From an uncultured Flavobacteriaceae bacterium (GTDB lineage Bacteria > Bacteroidota > Bacteroidia > Flavobacteriales > Flavobacteriaceae): DNA of 50,619 nucleotides. Shown here piece after piece: positions 7,549 through 19,205 of this stretch. The position numbers and the translations under genes were made by a program. Under the pieces are notes generated by a model. The model worked only from the letters and a program-made list of their open reading frames with translations, searched no databases and was not told the DNA's origin. Each line of letters begins with the position of its first letter. The first letter of the stretch is position 1. Location of the stretch: the NCBI GenBank assembly GCA_964403095.1, contig CAYOFS010000002.1, positions 1 to 50,619 on the forward strand. Reading direction: 5' to 3'.

Positions 7549-9995
7549 AAACTACTCAATACAGTAAACGAAAAATTTCTTCCTGGAGCACTTATTGAAG
7601 AAGCAAATTCTTTATAATGTACATCAAAAATATTATCTACGTTAAGCATTAATTTTATTTTACTGCTTAATTTGTAGCTCGTATTAAAATTGAATGTTTT
7701 CCAAGCAGGACTACCTAAATCGTATTCGTTTGTGTCCGAGTTTAAAGGTGTTTGATTAACGTTATCAATTCCTTCAATTAAATTATAATCGGAAAAATTC
7801 TTTTTTGCATTAAACAACACATTAAAACTTAAATCTATTTTTTCTTGAGCATAGCCTAGTTCAAAAAGTCCAAAAATTGGAGGAATAGAAGATAATGGAT
7901 CTCCAGTATCCTTTGCTTTCCCTTTAGTATATGTAGCACTTGCTTTTCCGTAAAAATTAGTGTTTATTTTTCCGTTAAAGCTTAATGTTCCTCCATAAAT
8001 ATATGCTTGACCTTTATTTACATTAGCGATAGTTGCTAAATTTTCACCATCATAATTTATAGTTGAAATTCCGTCTAAAGCAAAGAAATCTCTAGTTATA
8101 TAATTGTTAAGTAAGGTGTAATAAGTAGTAAAGCTAAGGTTGAATTTTTTATTATTAATGTATTTAATTACACCAATTTCAGCATTGTAAATATGTTCTG
8201 GTTTTAAATTAATATTTGGAACAGTTACCAAATCTTTTTTTTCTCTAACTTTACCAATATCATCAATATTTGGCGATCTAAAACCTGAAGAAATAACAAC
8301 ATTTAATTGCATATCTCTTTTAGGCTTAAAAACATAACCAATAGTTGCTGTTGCAGCTGTATTATTTACTGAAATATCATTTTCAGGAAGTGCTATATAC
8401 GTTTCATCATGCCATTTTGCGCTTAATTTAGTGTTGGTTAATCGAACACCTGTATTTAAGGTCTCTCTTTCACTAATATCTTGACGATAATCAACATATA
8501 TAGCCGAGCTCATGTACGAACTTCCTCCATCAGGATAACGAGTTTGCACGTTAAATTCCTCTTCAATACCAACTATATTATGACCATTTACGAGTAGCTT
8601 TTCTCCTTTAGATGTTGATGTAACTTTATTGTAGGAAAATTCGGCTCCATAAGATAAGGTTCGTTTATTTTTTATAGCAATTGGCACTTCAAAATCACCA
8701 TTCACACTAAAAATATCCACATTTTCAAAACGATGGTATCTTTTAAAACTGGTGAATTTACGTTGTATTCTAGATTCTTTCACATTTTGATAAGCAAGTG
8801 TTATTTTACCATTATCCAGCCATTTTTTTTCTGGATTTATGTCTATTTGTGAAGACGCTAAAAAGCGTTTTTGAGGTCCATAATACCATTCGGCAAATTT
8901 TAATTCTCCGTTTTTATAATCCATTAATTTATCAAAACGATTGATATTAGACGATTCGCTATATTGAAAATTCAAATTCAAATCGGTTACTTTAGATAAC
9001 GGAACTACAAATTTTTGCAGTACATCTATTTGGGTAAAACCAACATTTCGCTGCAACTCAGCATCTGAATTACCAACAGAGTTTGCGTTGTAATACGTGT
9101 CGGTATTATTAGAGTATTCGGTTTGTAAACCCCAATTATCAAAACCATGCGTTCTGTTTTTTCCCATTTTTAAATCGCTAAATTTACTACGAGAAATACT
9201 GGTAAAAGAGGCAATTTTACTGCTTTGAATTTCAGTAGAAGCGTTTAATGTTAGCTCATTATTTACTGTACTATATCTAGTTAAAAAATTAGGAATTATT
9301 TTAAGTTTTTTATTTGTTTTAGGTTTTTTAGTATAATAATGTATTACTCCTCCAAGTGCATCGGAACCATACATAACCGACGAAGGACCAAAAACAACTT
9401 CGGTTCTTTCTAGCATGTTTGGCGAAATACTAATGGAATTTTGTAAATGACCTTTACGATAAATGGCATTATTCATTCTAACTCCATCAACAACTAGTAA
9501 GATTCTATTTGCTTCCATACCTCTTAAAACTGGACTTCCGCCACCAAATTGTGATTTCTGAACTTTAATTCCTGGAATTCTAGAAAGCATATCTGCTGCT
9601 GTTTGCGGCGTAGATTTAATAATGTCTTTTTGCGATAATGTCGCTATTTCTTGAGCTATTCTACTCCTTTTAACCTCTTTTTTACTTGCGGATAAAAAGA
9701 CTTCTCCTAAAGCATTTGATAAAGGAATTAAATATACTTTTTTAGTAATTAAAATTTCCTTTTTAGTTGTATTAAAATTAGTAAATGAGATGTGGTTAAA
9801 AAGCAATTTTTCAGCTAAAGAAAAGGAAGATAAATCTACAATTCCATCAATATCTGACACGCAATGTTTTTTATTATCGCTTGATGAAACGGTAACATTA
9901 CTAATTAACTCATTCGTTTTTTTATTTAGAATAGTAATTTTCTGTGCTTGTAAAAAAGTAACGGTAAATAATAAAATAATAGTAATTTTCTTCAC
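7545..9995 (-). CDS. TonB-dependent outer-membrane receptor with N-terminal carboxypeptidase-regulatory-like domain
   Basis: Signal peptide and plug-domain motifs ([27 protein letters not shown]). The 816-aa barrel ends in an aromatic residue (FTVLSSF). Confidence 0.85.
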   Translation of the reverse strand: MKKITIILLFTVTFLQAQKITILNKKTNELISNVTVSSSDNKKHCVSDIDGIVDLSSFSLAEKLLFNHISFTNFNTTKKEILITKKVYLIPLSNALGEVFLSASKKEVKRSRIAQEIATLSQKDIIKSTPQTAADMLSRIPGIKVQKSQFGGGSPVLRGMEANRILLVVDGVRMNNAIYRKGHLQNSISISPNMLERTEVVFGPSSVMYGSDALGGVIHYYTKKPKTNKKLKIIPNFLTRYSTVNNELTLNASTEIQSSKIASFTSISRSKFSDLKMGKNRTHGFDNWGLQTEYSNNTDTYYNANSVGNSDAELQRNVGFTQIDVLQKFVVPLSKVTDLNLNFQYSESSNINRFDKLMDYKNGELKFAEWYYGPQKRFLASSQIDINPEKKWLDNGKITLAYQNVKESRIQRKFTSFKRYHRFENVDIFSVNGDFEVPIAIKNKRTLSYGAEFSYNKVTSTSKGEKLLVNGHNIVGIEEEFNVQTRYPDGGSSYMSSAIYVDYRQDISERETLNTGVRLTNTKLSAKWHDETYIALPENDISVNNTAATATIGYVFKPKRDMQLNVVISSGFRSPNIDDIGKVREKKDLVTVPNINLKPEHIYNAEIGVIKYINNKKFNLSFTTYYTLLNNYITRDFFALDGISTINYDGENLATIANVNKGQAYIYGGTLSFNGKINTNFYGKASATYTKGKAKDTGDPLSSIPPIFGLFELGYAQEKIDLSFNVLFNAKKNFSDYNLIEGIDNVNQTPLNSDTNEYDLGSPAWKTFNFNTSYKLSSKIKLMLNVDNIFDVHYKEFASSISAPGRNFSFTVLSSF

Positions 9996-10004
9996 AATAT
10001 TTTC

Positions 10005-10727
10005 TTATGTAAAAATCATTTGCAAAATAGCCAACGATTTGGGTTTTCTAAATTCTGGCAAATGTAAGGCAAAGTACTGAATTAAAATACCTAGTAATAC
10101 CTGCCTGTTTTTTCCATTCATTTTTATTTTAGAAACAGCATCAAAATTTATACCAATTACACTTTTAAATAAATTAAAATCATTACCAGAAATATATGTT
10201 GCAATTGGTTTGTGAAATGAAAAACGACCTTCTTGTAAATTGAAAAAGGAATCTGTTTCTTTTGGAATATTTGGATGAAAACCTAAGAATTTGGATAGTT
10301 TTAGTAAAAAAATAATATGAAAATTACTAGTTTCAGTATGTGTATCTAACCAAATAATTGCATTTTCTATAAATTGAAAAAGACTGTTGTTTTCTGTTTC
10401 TTCTTTCAGAACAGTAGTTAATATTTCGGCTAAAAATAGCACAATAGTGTTTTTATAAATATCTGTATGTATTTTATGTAACGGCTGATAAACATTAATA
10501 TCAGTAATATAATTTAATTGTGATTTATTGTTGTGTTTTGCAACAATATCTAACAATGTGAATGTTTGAAAATAAGCAATTTTAAATTTTTTATTCTTTG
10601 TGTTTTTAGATAATACACCTTTGATTAAGTAAGATTTAATTCCTTTTTCAGTATAACATTTAACTATTAAACTTGTGTCTTTAAATTTTAGTGCGCTTAG
10701 AACAATCGCTTTGGTAGATTCAATCAA
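10005..10727 (-). CDS. recO: DNA repair protein RecO
   Basis: 240 aa with an N-terminal OB-fold-like region (MIESTKAIVLSALKFKDTSLIV). Size and sequence are typical of Bacteroidota RecO. Confidence 0.8.
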   Translation of the reverse strand: MIESTKAIVLSALKFKDTSLIVKCYTEKGIKSYLIKGVLSKNTKNKKFKIAYFQTFTLLDIVAKHNNKSQLNYITDINVYQPLHKIHTDIYKNTIVLFLAEILTTVLKEETENNSLFQFIENAIIWLDTHTETSNFHIIFLLKLSKFLGFHPNIPKETDSFFNLQEGRFSFHKPIATYISGNDFNLFKSVIGINFDAVSKIKMNGKNRQVLLGILIQYFALHLPEFRKPKSLAILQMIFT

Positions 10728-10739
10728 TAGCGTAGTTTT

Positions 10740-13070
10740 TTAATTGATTATAGCAACTTTACAGATAGATGTTTCACTTTTATCGGGTAATGAAAGCATA
10801 ATAATATAAACTCCCGAAGCTACTTTTCTACCAACAAGATTTCGTTTATCCCAAATTGCCTTTCCTCCTTTAATTTCAATTCCTTCCAATATATTGGTTT
10901 CATAAACCAAATAACCTGCGCTGTCTAATATTTTTACATTAGTACCTCTTGGTAAATGTGTGCCATTTCGACCATCAATAGTAATAAAATCATTTTCTTT
11001 TGTTGATGGATTTGGATACGCATAGGTTTCGTCTAATTTATCACCAAATGGCGCAACATTATTATTAAAAACAACTAAACCTTTGGTTGTAGCAAAATAA
11101 ACCTTTCCTGTTGAATCGTCCACTTTTATTTTGTTTATAAAATTAGATGGTAATGGTGAATTGTCAGTATTAAAAACATGTAAGGTTTTTTGTCCGCTAG
11201 GGTTTGTAGATAAAACACCGCCACTAGCAGTACCAAACCATTTATTATCGGCGCCATCTACAGCAATGGATAAAATGGGTTGCTCTCCAAGGAGTACTTG
11301 TCCTTGATTTTCATCAGTTCCTCCTTCTAATTTAATAATTATTGGGTGTGCATTATAATTATCCGAATTGAATAAGCTAGAGGTATTATCAAACCGCACC
11401 AATCCTTTTAAAGTACCAATCCACATTCTGTTATTTTTATCAACAGCAAGTGAATACACAATATTATCAGGTAGGTTTCCATTGCCTAAAATAGTATTAA
11501 GTGCTTTTGTTTTGGTGCCTTCTCTATTTAAAACTAAGACTCCATTTTGACGCATTTCTAACCATTTATTATCATTTCTATCAATTACAACATCACCTAA
11601 ACCTTCTCGGGAATCTGTTATTACATCTGTAAAATCAAAACCTGTCCATGAATTTACAGTGTCAAATTTTTTAAGTTTATCTGCCACATAACCATTTGCA
11701 ACCCATAAATTTCCTTGACTATCAAAATCAGTACTACTAACTGCTGCCCAATTACTAAAATTCTCAGGTCTTTTTTCTAAGCCGCTATTCAAATGTGTGT
11801 ATTTAATATTTAATTCATCATCGATTACTTCTAATAACCCACCTTGCCAAGAACTAATATACACCTTGTTTTCGTGATTAGGATCAATGGTAATATCTAA
11901 TAAATCTCTTGTATTACTCGGAATTGATTGATGTGCGGTGTTTATCCAATTTTCACCATTAAAATGACTAAAACCTCTATGAATACCTAAACCATTAAAA
12001 TTTGATGTATGCTGACCTCCATAAACTACCCATAAATTATTATTTAAAACATCAATAGCAAAAACATCATTATATAAAGGTCCTTCTGGGTGAATTTCAT
12101 CAAATTCAGTTTGGTTAAATACTTTTTTAAGAATTCCATATTTTTTAGTAGCTAAATAGGTGGTGTTATTATTAGAAAAAGAATTATTTAAAGTAAAATT
12201 TAACTCCGTTGATGCTTGTGAAAAATCAACTTGAATTAATTGTTGATTGTATGTGTATGCAATGGTTTCTAATGTGATATTTAAGTAATCAAAAGAGCTA
12301 TTTATATTCACTATTTTTGTAGGATATATATTAAACTGTTGTAGTGTATTCGGGTTTAAAACCTGATATAATATGTTGTTTTTGGCTGTAAATAATTTAT
12401 CTCCAAATGTTTTTATGGCTGTAAAATCACCTAGAAAACTAGCTTGTGGTTGTTGCCAATTATTAAAATCGATTAAATTAAGATTACTAGTATTTGCTGT
12501 ATAAATACCATTTTCGGTTGCAGCATAAATAGTGTTTTCAAAAATTGCTGTTTGATTTATTTTTACAGTTGTTGACTGATCGCCAATATAAAAAGTATCT
12601 CCAAAATTCAAGTTTTCTATATCAAATTCTATTATGGCAAAATCGGTTGAAAAATATAATACGTTTCCATCTTGAATAATGTGATTTACTCTTTTAGAAC
12701 CTGAAATATTTAAACGTTTAATATCATCAAGAATTTTAATAGATCCGTCAAAATTGACCACTTCTACAATACCATTTTCATACCCAATGATTGTTTTTTT
12801 ATGAGTAGTACTGTAAAAAAAACTGGAAGTAGTCTCACCAGACAACCCATGAACAGAAGATGTTTTTTTATATTCTAAAGTAGTTTCATCATAAATAAAA
12901 ATTGCATTATCACAAACAGCATAAATTTTATTATTATCAAAATAAAAATCTTTTACATTATTATACGAAAACATATCTTCCCAAGAATCGCTATAATCAA
13001 TTTGAGAATATGTAGTAGTAATTGTTGTAATTACAGTTAAAATAGAAAGAAGTACTTTTAACAGATTCAT
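10740..13070 (-). CDS. Secreted double beta-propeller protein with T9SS C-terminal sorting domain (PorZ-like)
   Basis: Signal peptide, repeated propeller-like blades (two-component-regulator-propeller type) and a C-terminal T9SS type A sorting domain (YAYPNPS...GVYIIMLSL...KVAIIN). The 776-aa length matches PorZ-type T9SS components. The PorZ assignment itself is tentative. Confidence 0.6.
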   Translation of the reverse strand: MNLLKVLLSILTVITTITTTYSQIDYSDSWEDMFSYNNVKDFYFDNNKIYAVCDNAIFIYDETTLEYKKTSSVHGLSGETTSSFFYSTTHKKTIIGYENGIVEVVNFDGSIKILDDIKRLNISGSKRVNHIIQDGNVLYFSTDFAIIEFDIENLNFGDTFYIGDQSTTVKINQTAIFENTIYAATENGIYTANTSNLNLIDFNNWQQPQASFLGDFTAIKTFGDKLFTAKNNILYQVLNPNTLQQFNIYPTKIVNINSSFDYLNITLETIAYTYNQQLIQVDFSQASTELNFTLNNSFSNNNTTYLATKKYGILKKVFNQTEFDEIHPEGPLYNDVFAIDVLNNNLWVVYGGQHTSNFNGLGIHRGFSHFNGENWINTAHQSIPSNTRDLLDITIDPNHENKVYISSWQGGLLEVIDDELNIKYTHLNSGLEKRPENFSNWAAVSSTDFDSQGNLWVANGYVADKLKKFDTVNSWTGFDFTDVITDSREGLGDVVIDRNDNKWLEMRQNGVLVLNREGTKTKALNTILGNGNLPDNIVYSLAVDKNNRMWIGTLKGLVRFDNTSSLFNSDNYNAHPIIIKLEGGTDENQGQVLLGEQPILSIAVDGADNKWFGTASGGVLSTNPSGQKTLHVFNTDNSPLPSNFINKIKVDDSTGKVYFATTKGLVVFNNNVAPFGDKLDETYAYPNPSTKENDFITIDGRNGTHLPRGTNVKILDSAGYLVYETNILEGIEIKGGKAIWDKRNLVGRKVASGVYIIMLSLPDKSETSICKVAIIN

Positions 13071-13193
13071 GATGTTGTGCTATTTATGTAAATAAAAATC
13101 TTACTAATTTAAAGGTAAATAACGATTTTATTTCAATTTTATTCTATTGCGTACAAAAGTAATGATATTGCGCATGTTTATTGTTAACAATTG

Positions 13194-13201
13194 TATCTTT
13201 G
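13194..13201 (+). promoter_or_regulatory. -7 promoter box TAtcTTTG upstream of gpmI
   Basis: tatctttg lies 18 nt upstream of the ATG at 13220. Confidence 0.5.
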
Positions 13202-13219
13202 TGTTAAATTACAGTAAAT

Positions 13220-14749
13220 ATGCAAAAAAAAGTACAACTTATTATATTAGATGGCTGGGGAATTACCCAGAATCCAGAAGTATCAGCAATTTACAAAGCC
13301 CAAACACCATTTTTCGATTCCTTATTAAAAAAATATCCAAATGCTAGTTTAAGAACTGATGGTTTACATGTTGGTTTACCAGAAGGTCAAATGGGAAATT
13401 CGGAAGTTGGGCACATGAATTTAGGCGCTGGTAGAGTCGTTTATCAAAACTTAGTTAAAATTAATAAAGGCTATAACGAAAAAACCTTAGATACCGAAAA
13501 AGAAGTGCAAAACGCACTCAATTACGCTAAAGAAAACAATAAAAATGTACATTTAATAGGCTTACTATCTAATGGAGGAATCCACTCGCATATTAATCAT
13601 TTAAAAGGTTTATTACGTGCTGCGCATACAGCTAAATTAAATAATGTTTTTGTACATGCTTTTACCGATGGTCGTGATTGTGATCCAAAATCGGGTATTG
13701 GTTTTATAACCGAAATTGAAGAGTACATGCAAAAAACTACGGGTAAATTAGCTTCGGTTATCGGTAGATATTATGCTATGGACAGAGATAAACGCTGGGA
13801 AAGAATAAAGTTAGCATATGATTTATTAGTAAAAGGAAAAGGCTTAAAAGTCAACAAGAAAGAGTCGGAACTTAAAAATGTAATACAAAAAAGCTACGAT
13901 AATAATATTACTGATGAATTTTTAAAACCAATTATTATAACGGATGATAATTCTAAACCTATTAGCCTTATACAAAAAGATGATGTAGTTATCTATTTTA
14001 ATTATCGTTCAGATAGAGGTAGAGAATTGACCGAAGTCTTAACACAAGACAATCACCTAGAGTATGATATGGAAACAATCCAACTATACTATGTTACAAT
14101 GACAAATTATAGCGACACTTATAATGGTCTACATGTTATTTACCCTTCAGAAAATTTAGAAAATACACTTGGTGAAGTATTAGAAAAACACAATAAAAAG
14201 CAAATTAGAATTGCCGAAACCGAAAAATATCCACACGTTACTTTTTTCTTTTCAGGAGGAAGAGAAGATAAATTTAATGGTGAAAAACGAATTTTATGTC
14301 CTTCGCCAAAAGTAGCAACGTATGATTTGCAACCAGAGATGAGCGCAAATGACATTAAAGATGCTATAATACCCGAATTAAAAAATGCAACAACCGATTT
14401 TATCTGTTTAAATTTTGCAAATACCGATATGGTTGGTCATACTGGCGTTTTTAAAGCTGCTGTTAAAGCTGCTGCAACAGTAGATTCGTGCTTAAAGGAA
14501 ATTGTAACAACTGCCTTAGAAAACAACTACACATCAATTATTATTGCAGACCACGGTAATGCTGAAAAAATGCTAAATGATGATGGCTCAGTAAATACCT
14601 CGCATACTACATATCCTGTACCTTTAATAATTGTCGATAATGACATAAAAAAAGTGAAAGATGGTGCTTTAGCTAACATTGCACCAACTATTTTAAAGCT
14701 AATCGGGATTGAAAAACCAACTATAATGAATATGGAATCTTTAATTTAG
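13220..14749 (+). CDS. gpmI: 2,3-bisphosphoglycerate-independent phosphoglycerate mutase
   Basis: MGNSEVGHMNLGAGR catalytic Ser motif and ADHGNAE metal-binding motif. 509 aa. Confidence 0.95.
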   Translation: MQKKVQLIILDGWGITQNPEVSAIYKAQTPFFDSLLKKYPNASLRTDGLHVGLPEGQMGNSEVGHMNLGAGRVVYQNLVKINKGYNEKTLDTEKEVQNALNYAKENNKNVHLIGLLSNGGIHSHINHLKGLLRAAHTAKLNNVFVHAFTDGRDCDPKSGIGFITEIEEYMQKTTGKLASVIGRYYAMDRDKRWERIKLAYDLLVKGKGLKVNKKESELKNVIQKSYDNNITDEFLKPIIITDDNSKPISLIQKDDVVIYFNYRSDRGRELTEVLTQDNHLEYDMETIQLYYVTMTNYSDTYNGLHVIYPSENLENTLGEVLEKHNKKQIRIAETEKYPHVTFFFSGGREDKFNGEKRILCPSPKVATYDLQPEMSANDIKDAIIPELKNATTDFICLNFANTDMVGHTGVFKAAVKAAATVDSCLKEIVTTALENNYTSIIIADHGNAEKMLNDDGSVNTSHTTYPVPLIIVDNDIKKVKDGALANIAPTILKLIGIEKPTIMNMESLI

Positions 14750-14799
14750 AAGAAATGTTTTATTTTTTCTTATTTTTACCATCATAATAAAACTTAAAA

Positions 14800-15198
14800 A
14801 TGTTTCCGAAAAATACAAAAATATTAGCCATTGATTTTGATGGAACAATTGTAGAAGATGCTTATCCTAAAATAGGAAAACCACGACTTTTTGCTTTTGA
14901 AACCTTGTTGAAATTACAAGAAAAAGGACATAGATTAATTTTATGGACTTATAGAAGTGGTAGAAAATTACAAGAATCTGTTGATTTTTGTAAAGAAAAT
15001 GGTATTGAGTTTTATGCCGTAAATAAATCGTACCCTGAAGAAGTTTTAAACCATACGATAAGTAGAAAAATACATGCAGATATTTTTATTGATGACCGTA
15101 ATTTTGGTGATTTACCCGATTGGGGGAAAATTTATCATAATATTTTAAACGAAGAACCTAAACTTCCAAAAAAGAAAAAATTCTGGTTTAACTTTTGA
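14800..15198 (+). CDS. Small HAD-superfamily-like phosphatase-fold protein
   Basis: DxDGT-type motif (ILAIDFDGTIVED) and a C-terminal FIDD motif. 132 aa, TGA stop. Confidence 0.6.
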   Translation: MFPKNTKILAIDFDGTIVEDAYPKIGKPRLFAFETLLKLQEKGHRLILWTYRSGRKLQESVDFCKENGIEFYAVNKSYPEEVLNHTISRKIHADIFIDDRNFGDLPDWGKIYHNILNEEPKLPKKKKFWFNF

Positions 15199-15248
15199 AA
15201 AAAAATCAAGAATAGAAAAATAACTCATACTTTTATATAAAAAACAAT

Positions 15249-15968
15249 TTGAATCTAATAATTGATACAGGAAATACAAGAACTAAATTAGCCGTTTTTT
15301 TAGACGATTCTTTAGTGGCTTTAAAAAAAGTTAAAAATAACAAAGTAGAAAACGAACTTAAAAATATATTTTCTAAAAATAAAATAACACATACTATAAT
15401 TTCATCCGTAGCAAAAAAAGAAAATAAAATAGAGTCTTTAATAAAAGAAAATTCCTATTTGCTTATTTTAACCTCTAAAACACCTGTTCCGTTTAAAAAT
15501 TTATATAAAACTCCAAAAACTTTAGGTGTTGATAGAATAGCTCTTATGACTGCCGCTTACAAAAACTACAATAATAAAAATACCTTAGTTATTGATGCAG
15601 GAACTTGTATTACATATGATTTTTTAAATAAAAAAGGAGAATATTTTGGAGGCGCAATTGCTCCAGGTTTAAAAATGAAATATAAAGCAATGCACAAATT
15701 TACAGCCAATTTACCCTTATTAAAATCAAAAGAGTGGATTGAAACAGGTAATTCAACAAAAAACGCTATACATCAAGGAGTTATCAATGCTACTGTTTAT
15801 GAAATAGAAGGATTTATTAACCACTATGAAAAAAATAATGATAATTTAACAATAGTTTTAACAGGAGGAGACGCAATTTTTTTGGCTAGATTGTTAAAAA
15901 GTAGCATATTTGCCAATCCTATTTTTTTATTAGAAGGATTAAACCATATTTTAAATTACAATATATAA
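15249..15968 (+). CDS. coaX: Type III pantothenate kinase
   Basis: N-terminal IDTGNTRTK motif and GVDR motif. 239 aa, apparent TTG start. Confidence 0.88.
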   Translation: MNLIIDTGNTRTKLAVFLDDSLVALKKVKNNKVENELKNIFSKNKITHTIISSVAKKENKIESLIKENSYLLILTSKTPVPFKNLYKTPKTLGVDRIALMTAAYKNYNNKNTLVIDAGTCITYDFLNKKGEYFGGAIAPGLKMKYKAMHKFTANLPLLKSKEWIETGNSTKNAIHQGVINATVYEIEGFINHYEKNNDNLTIVLTGGDAIFLARLLKSSIFANPIFLLEGLNHILNYNI

Positions 15969-15971
15969 ATA

Positions 15972-17246
15972 ATGATTAAAAAAATAATAGTTTTAGTAGT
16001 TGTTTTTATTGCGATAAATAGTTTCGCTCAAGAAAACAGTATTTCACCATATTCTTTTTTCGGAATTGGTCAGTTAAATGAAGCTAAAACAGTAACTGAG
16101 CAGTCGTTAGGTGTTGCAACAGCGCTTAATAGCAACCATAAAATATACTTTAGTAACCCGGCATCTTTAGCGTCTTTGAGATTTACCACATACACAATAG
16201 GTGCTGCAAATGTTTATACTAAAATTGATGATGGCACAAATCAGCAATCAGCATCAGCTTTTAGTTTATCATATTTAGCATTAGGATTTCCTATTGGAAA
16301 AAAAGCAGGTGCGTCTTTTGGTATTCAGCCATATTCTAAAATAGGATATAATATTACTGAAAAATATACAAACGCAAATAACGAATCTGAAAGCAACCTA
16401 TATAAAGGTTTTGGGAGAACTAATAGAGTATTTGTAAATTACGGACATAAATTACCATATAAAATAAGTGTTGGTATTGAAGGTTCTTATGTGTTCGGAA
16501 ACCTTGAACGTACTATATTGTGGAGAAATGCAGACAGATTAGATCAATTAGCAACTCGATACAAAACAGAAACAAGCGTTAGTGGTTTAGCAGTGAAATT
16601 TGGAGCACAACATCAGTATAAAATTAATGATGATTTAGAATTAAAATCAGGTATTAGCTTATTATTAGAAAATAAATTAACTTATACAGGAACTGAAAAA
16701 TTAATCAGTTTAATAAATACACCTAATGATGAAGTCGCTATTGAAAAAGATAAAATATTTGATAAGGAATTTGAAGGTAAAGCAAATATGCCTTTAAAAA
16801 CCATTTTAAGTGTTGGTGTAGGAAGTGATAATAAATGGTTTGCCGGACTTGAATATGATTTTCAAGCAGCAACCTCATTTGGAGCAGGATTTACTCAAAA
16901 TAACAACTTTGTAAAATATATTGAAGCATCGAATATTGCTATTGGAGGTTTCTACACGCCAAAAGCACAATCTATAACAAACTATTGGGATAGAGTTACT
17001 TATATCGCTTCCGCACACATGAAGCAGACAGGTTTAGAAATAAATAATACAGCTATTAAAGACTTTGGCATATCTTTTGGAGTAAGCTTACCGAGTAAGA
17101 AGCAACTATCTAACATCAACTTAGGATTTGATATAGGCAAAAGAGGAGAAATAAATAATAATGGCTTGATTAAAGAAAATTATTATAACTTTCGCCTTAG
17201 TTTATCTTTAAATGATAAATGGTTCAGAAAACGAAAATTAGACTAA
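15972..17246 (+). CDS. Predicted outer-membrane porin-like beta-barrel protein, function unknown
   Basis: Signal peptide (VFIAINSFAQ) and alternating beta-strand-like composition. Starts 4 nt after coaX. Confidence 0.5.
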   Translation: MIKKIIVLVVVFIAINSFAQENSISPYSFFGIGQLNEAKTVTEQSLGVATALNSNHKIYFSNPASLASLRFTTYTIGAANVYTKIDDGTNQQSASAFSLSYLALGFPIGKKAGASFGIQPYSKIGYNITEKYTNANNESESNLYKGFGRTNRVFVNYGHKLPYKISVGIEGSYVFGNLERTILWRNADRLDQLATRYKTETSVSGLAVKFGAQHQYKINDDLELKSGISLLLENKLTYTGTEKLISLINTPNDEVAIEKDKIFDKEFEGKANMPLKTILSVGVGSDNKWFAGLEYDFQAATSFGAGFTQNNNFVKYIEASNIAIGGFYTPKAQSITNYWDRVTYIASAHMKQTGLEINNTAIKDFGISFGVSLPSKKQLSNINLGFDIGKRGEINNNGLIKENYYNFRLSLSLNDKWFRKRKLD

Positions 17247-17258
17247 AATACTTATATT

Positions 17259-18626
17259 ATGAAAATGAAATTAACAAACTTAACCGTAATCATCTTCCTT
17301 TTAACAGGAATGACAAACTTACTTGCACAAGACAAATATGGTTCTAACCCAGAAGAATGTAAAATGAACCTTTCTTTATTTCACGAAAGTGTTAAAGCAA
17401 AAAACTTTAAAGAAGCAATAGGTCCATGGCAATCAACTTATGACAACTGTCCAAAAGCTTCTATACACATTTATACAGATGGTTTAAAAATAGCAAAAGA
17501 TAAAATTGCTAATGGAGATACCACAGGAGCAACAATGGTTAACGAAATTTATGCAAAAAGAATTGAAAACTTTCCAACAAAAAATTTAGGAAAAGTATAT
17601 AGCGATTGGGCAAAATTCTTAATCAAACAAAAAGCACCAGAAAATGAAGTTTTTGAAAAATTAGATTTAGCTTATAAATCAGATCCAGCAGGAATGAGTG
17701 CTAAAAACATCTTTAGATACTTCCAAAAAATAACCGATAAATATAAAGATACTGATGTGCAATTAATTTTCAATACTATGGATGATGTTGTAGATGCAGT
17801 AAATAAAAAAATTACAAAATATACTGCTGGTTACACAGAATTACAAACAAAAATTGAAAATGGAGATGAGTTAACACGTAAAGAAAAGAGCAGAGTAAAA
17901 TCTAAATTTTATGAAATTAACTTAAATGGTTTAGGTAAAATTGAAGGAGGATTAAATAGTATTGTTAATGATTTAATGACTTGCGATAGATTAATTCCTT
18001 TATATAGAAAAAATTATGAAACACATAAAACAGATGCTGTTTGGTTGAAAAGAGCCGCTATAAAATTACATAACAAAGGTTGTGATAGTGACGCTTTATA
18101 TGTAGATATTGTTGAAAGCTGGGCAAAAGCAGATCAATCTGTTGGTGTATGGAAATATTTAGAAAAAATATATAGAAGGCAAGGAAGAGTCTCAGAAGCT
18201 GATGCCTTAGCTCAGAAAATATTCAATATGGGTACACCAGAAGATAAAGCTAGATTTGTTTATAGTCAAGCAAGTGATTTAATGAAAAGAGGGAAATACA
18301 GTCAAGCAAGAACAAAAGCAAGAGAAGTATTAGGTCATGTACCAAGTTTTGGTAAAGCCTATTTATTAATTGCAAGTATGTATGCTAAAAGTGCAAACAA
18401 AATTGGCACAGATGAATTTACTAAAAGAATGGTTTATGTTGCTGCTGCTAATAAAGCTAGACAGGCAATGAGGGCAGACCCTAGTTTGACTTCAAGAGCT
18501 AAAAAATATATTAATAGTTATACTGCTCAATTTCCACCAAAATCTCTAATTTTTAATAAAAATTTAAAATCAGGAGCATCTCATAAAGTAGGCGGATGGA
18601 TTGGTGAAACAGTTAGAATACCATAA
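17259..18626 (+). CDS. Secreted helical-repeat (TPR-like) protein, function unknown
   Basis: Signal peptide (LLTGMTNLLAQ) and helical, repeat-like composition. 455 aa. Confidence 0.5.
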   Translation: MKMKLTNLTVIIFLLTGMTNLLAQDKYGSNPEECKMNLSLFHESVKAKNFKEAIGPWQSTYDNCPKASIHIYTDGLKIAKDKIANGDTTGATMVNEIYAKRIENFPTKNLGKVYSDWAKFLIKQKAPENEVFEKLDLAYKSDPAGMSAKNIFRYFQKITDKYKDTDVQLIFNTMDDVVDAVNKKITKYTAGYTELQTKIENGDELTRKEKSRVKSKFYEINLNGLGKIEGGLNSIVNDLMTCDRLIPLYRKNYETHKTDAVWLKRAAIKLHNKGCDSDALYVDIVESWAKADQSVGVWKYLEKIYRRQGRVSEADALAQKIFNMGTPEDKARFVYSQASDLMKRGKYSQARTKAREVLGHVPSFGKAYLLIASMYAKSANKIGTDEFTKRMVYVAAANKARQAMRADPSLTSRAKKYINSYTAQFPPKSLIFNKNLKSGASHKVGGWIGETVRIP

Positions 18627-18634
18627 TTATTTTA

Positions 18635-19201
18635 ATGAGTTTAAAATCAAAACATATCATTAGAAGCATTGCTATCATTAGCCTGATAGCAATGCTTTTT
18701 TCTTGTAAAACAGATTTTGAAGAAGTAGATGATTTCTTGGCTGATAAAAATTTACCCATAGCTTTAACAAAAAATATTTCGTTAGTATATACTGATTCTG
18801 GCTATGTAAAAAACAAGCTAAAAGCGCCCTTATTATTAAATTTTGAAAATAGAAAAAAACACCCTTACAAAGAATTCCCAAAAGGAATAAAAATAACAAC
18901 ATTTGATAAAATGGGAGATTCTACAACTATTACAGCAAATTATGCTAAAACATATGATATGACCAAAATTTCTGAAATTAAAAATAATGTAATTGTGTTT
19001 AATCATAGAAAAAAATTAACCCTAAAAACAAGCTTGCTATATTGGGATCAGAAAGAAAATTATTTTTTCTCCAATAAAAAATCAACACTAACTTCGCCAA
19101 GAGATACAATTGTTGGTTTAGAAGGCTTTGATTCTAATGCAGATTTAACCAATGCTACTATGATGAATAATAGTGGAGCACTTTACGTAAAAGAAAAATA
19201 A
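18635..19201 (+). CDS. lptC: LptC-like LPS export periplasmic protein (membrane or lipid anchored)
   Basis: 188 aa with an N-terminal anchor ending in a Cys (IAMLFSCK). Size and gene context (followed by a DUF21-CBS protein and a PpiD-like gene) are typical of flavobacterial lptC. Confidence 0.55.
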   Translation: MSLKSKHIIRSIAIISLIAMLFSCKTDFEEVDDFLADKNLPIALTKNISLVYTDSGYVKNKLKAPLLLNFENRKKHPYKEFPKGIKITTFDKMGDSTTITANYAKTYDMTKISEIKNNVIVFNHRKKLTLKTSLLYWDQKENYFFSNKKSTLTSPRDTIVGLEGFDSNADLTNATMMNNSGALYVKEK

Positions 19202-19205
19202 CATT

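Noticed and set aside
13147-13347. A 66-aa ORF overlapping the gpmI promoter and start.
   Set aside because: It is out of frame with gpmI, spans the promoter box and has no motif, so it is very likely spurious.
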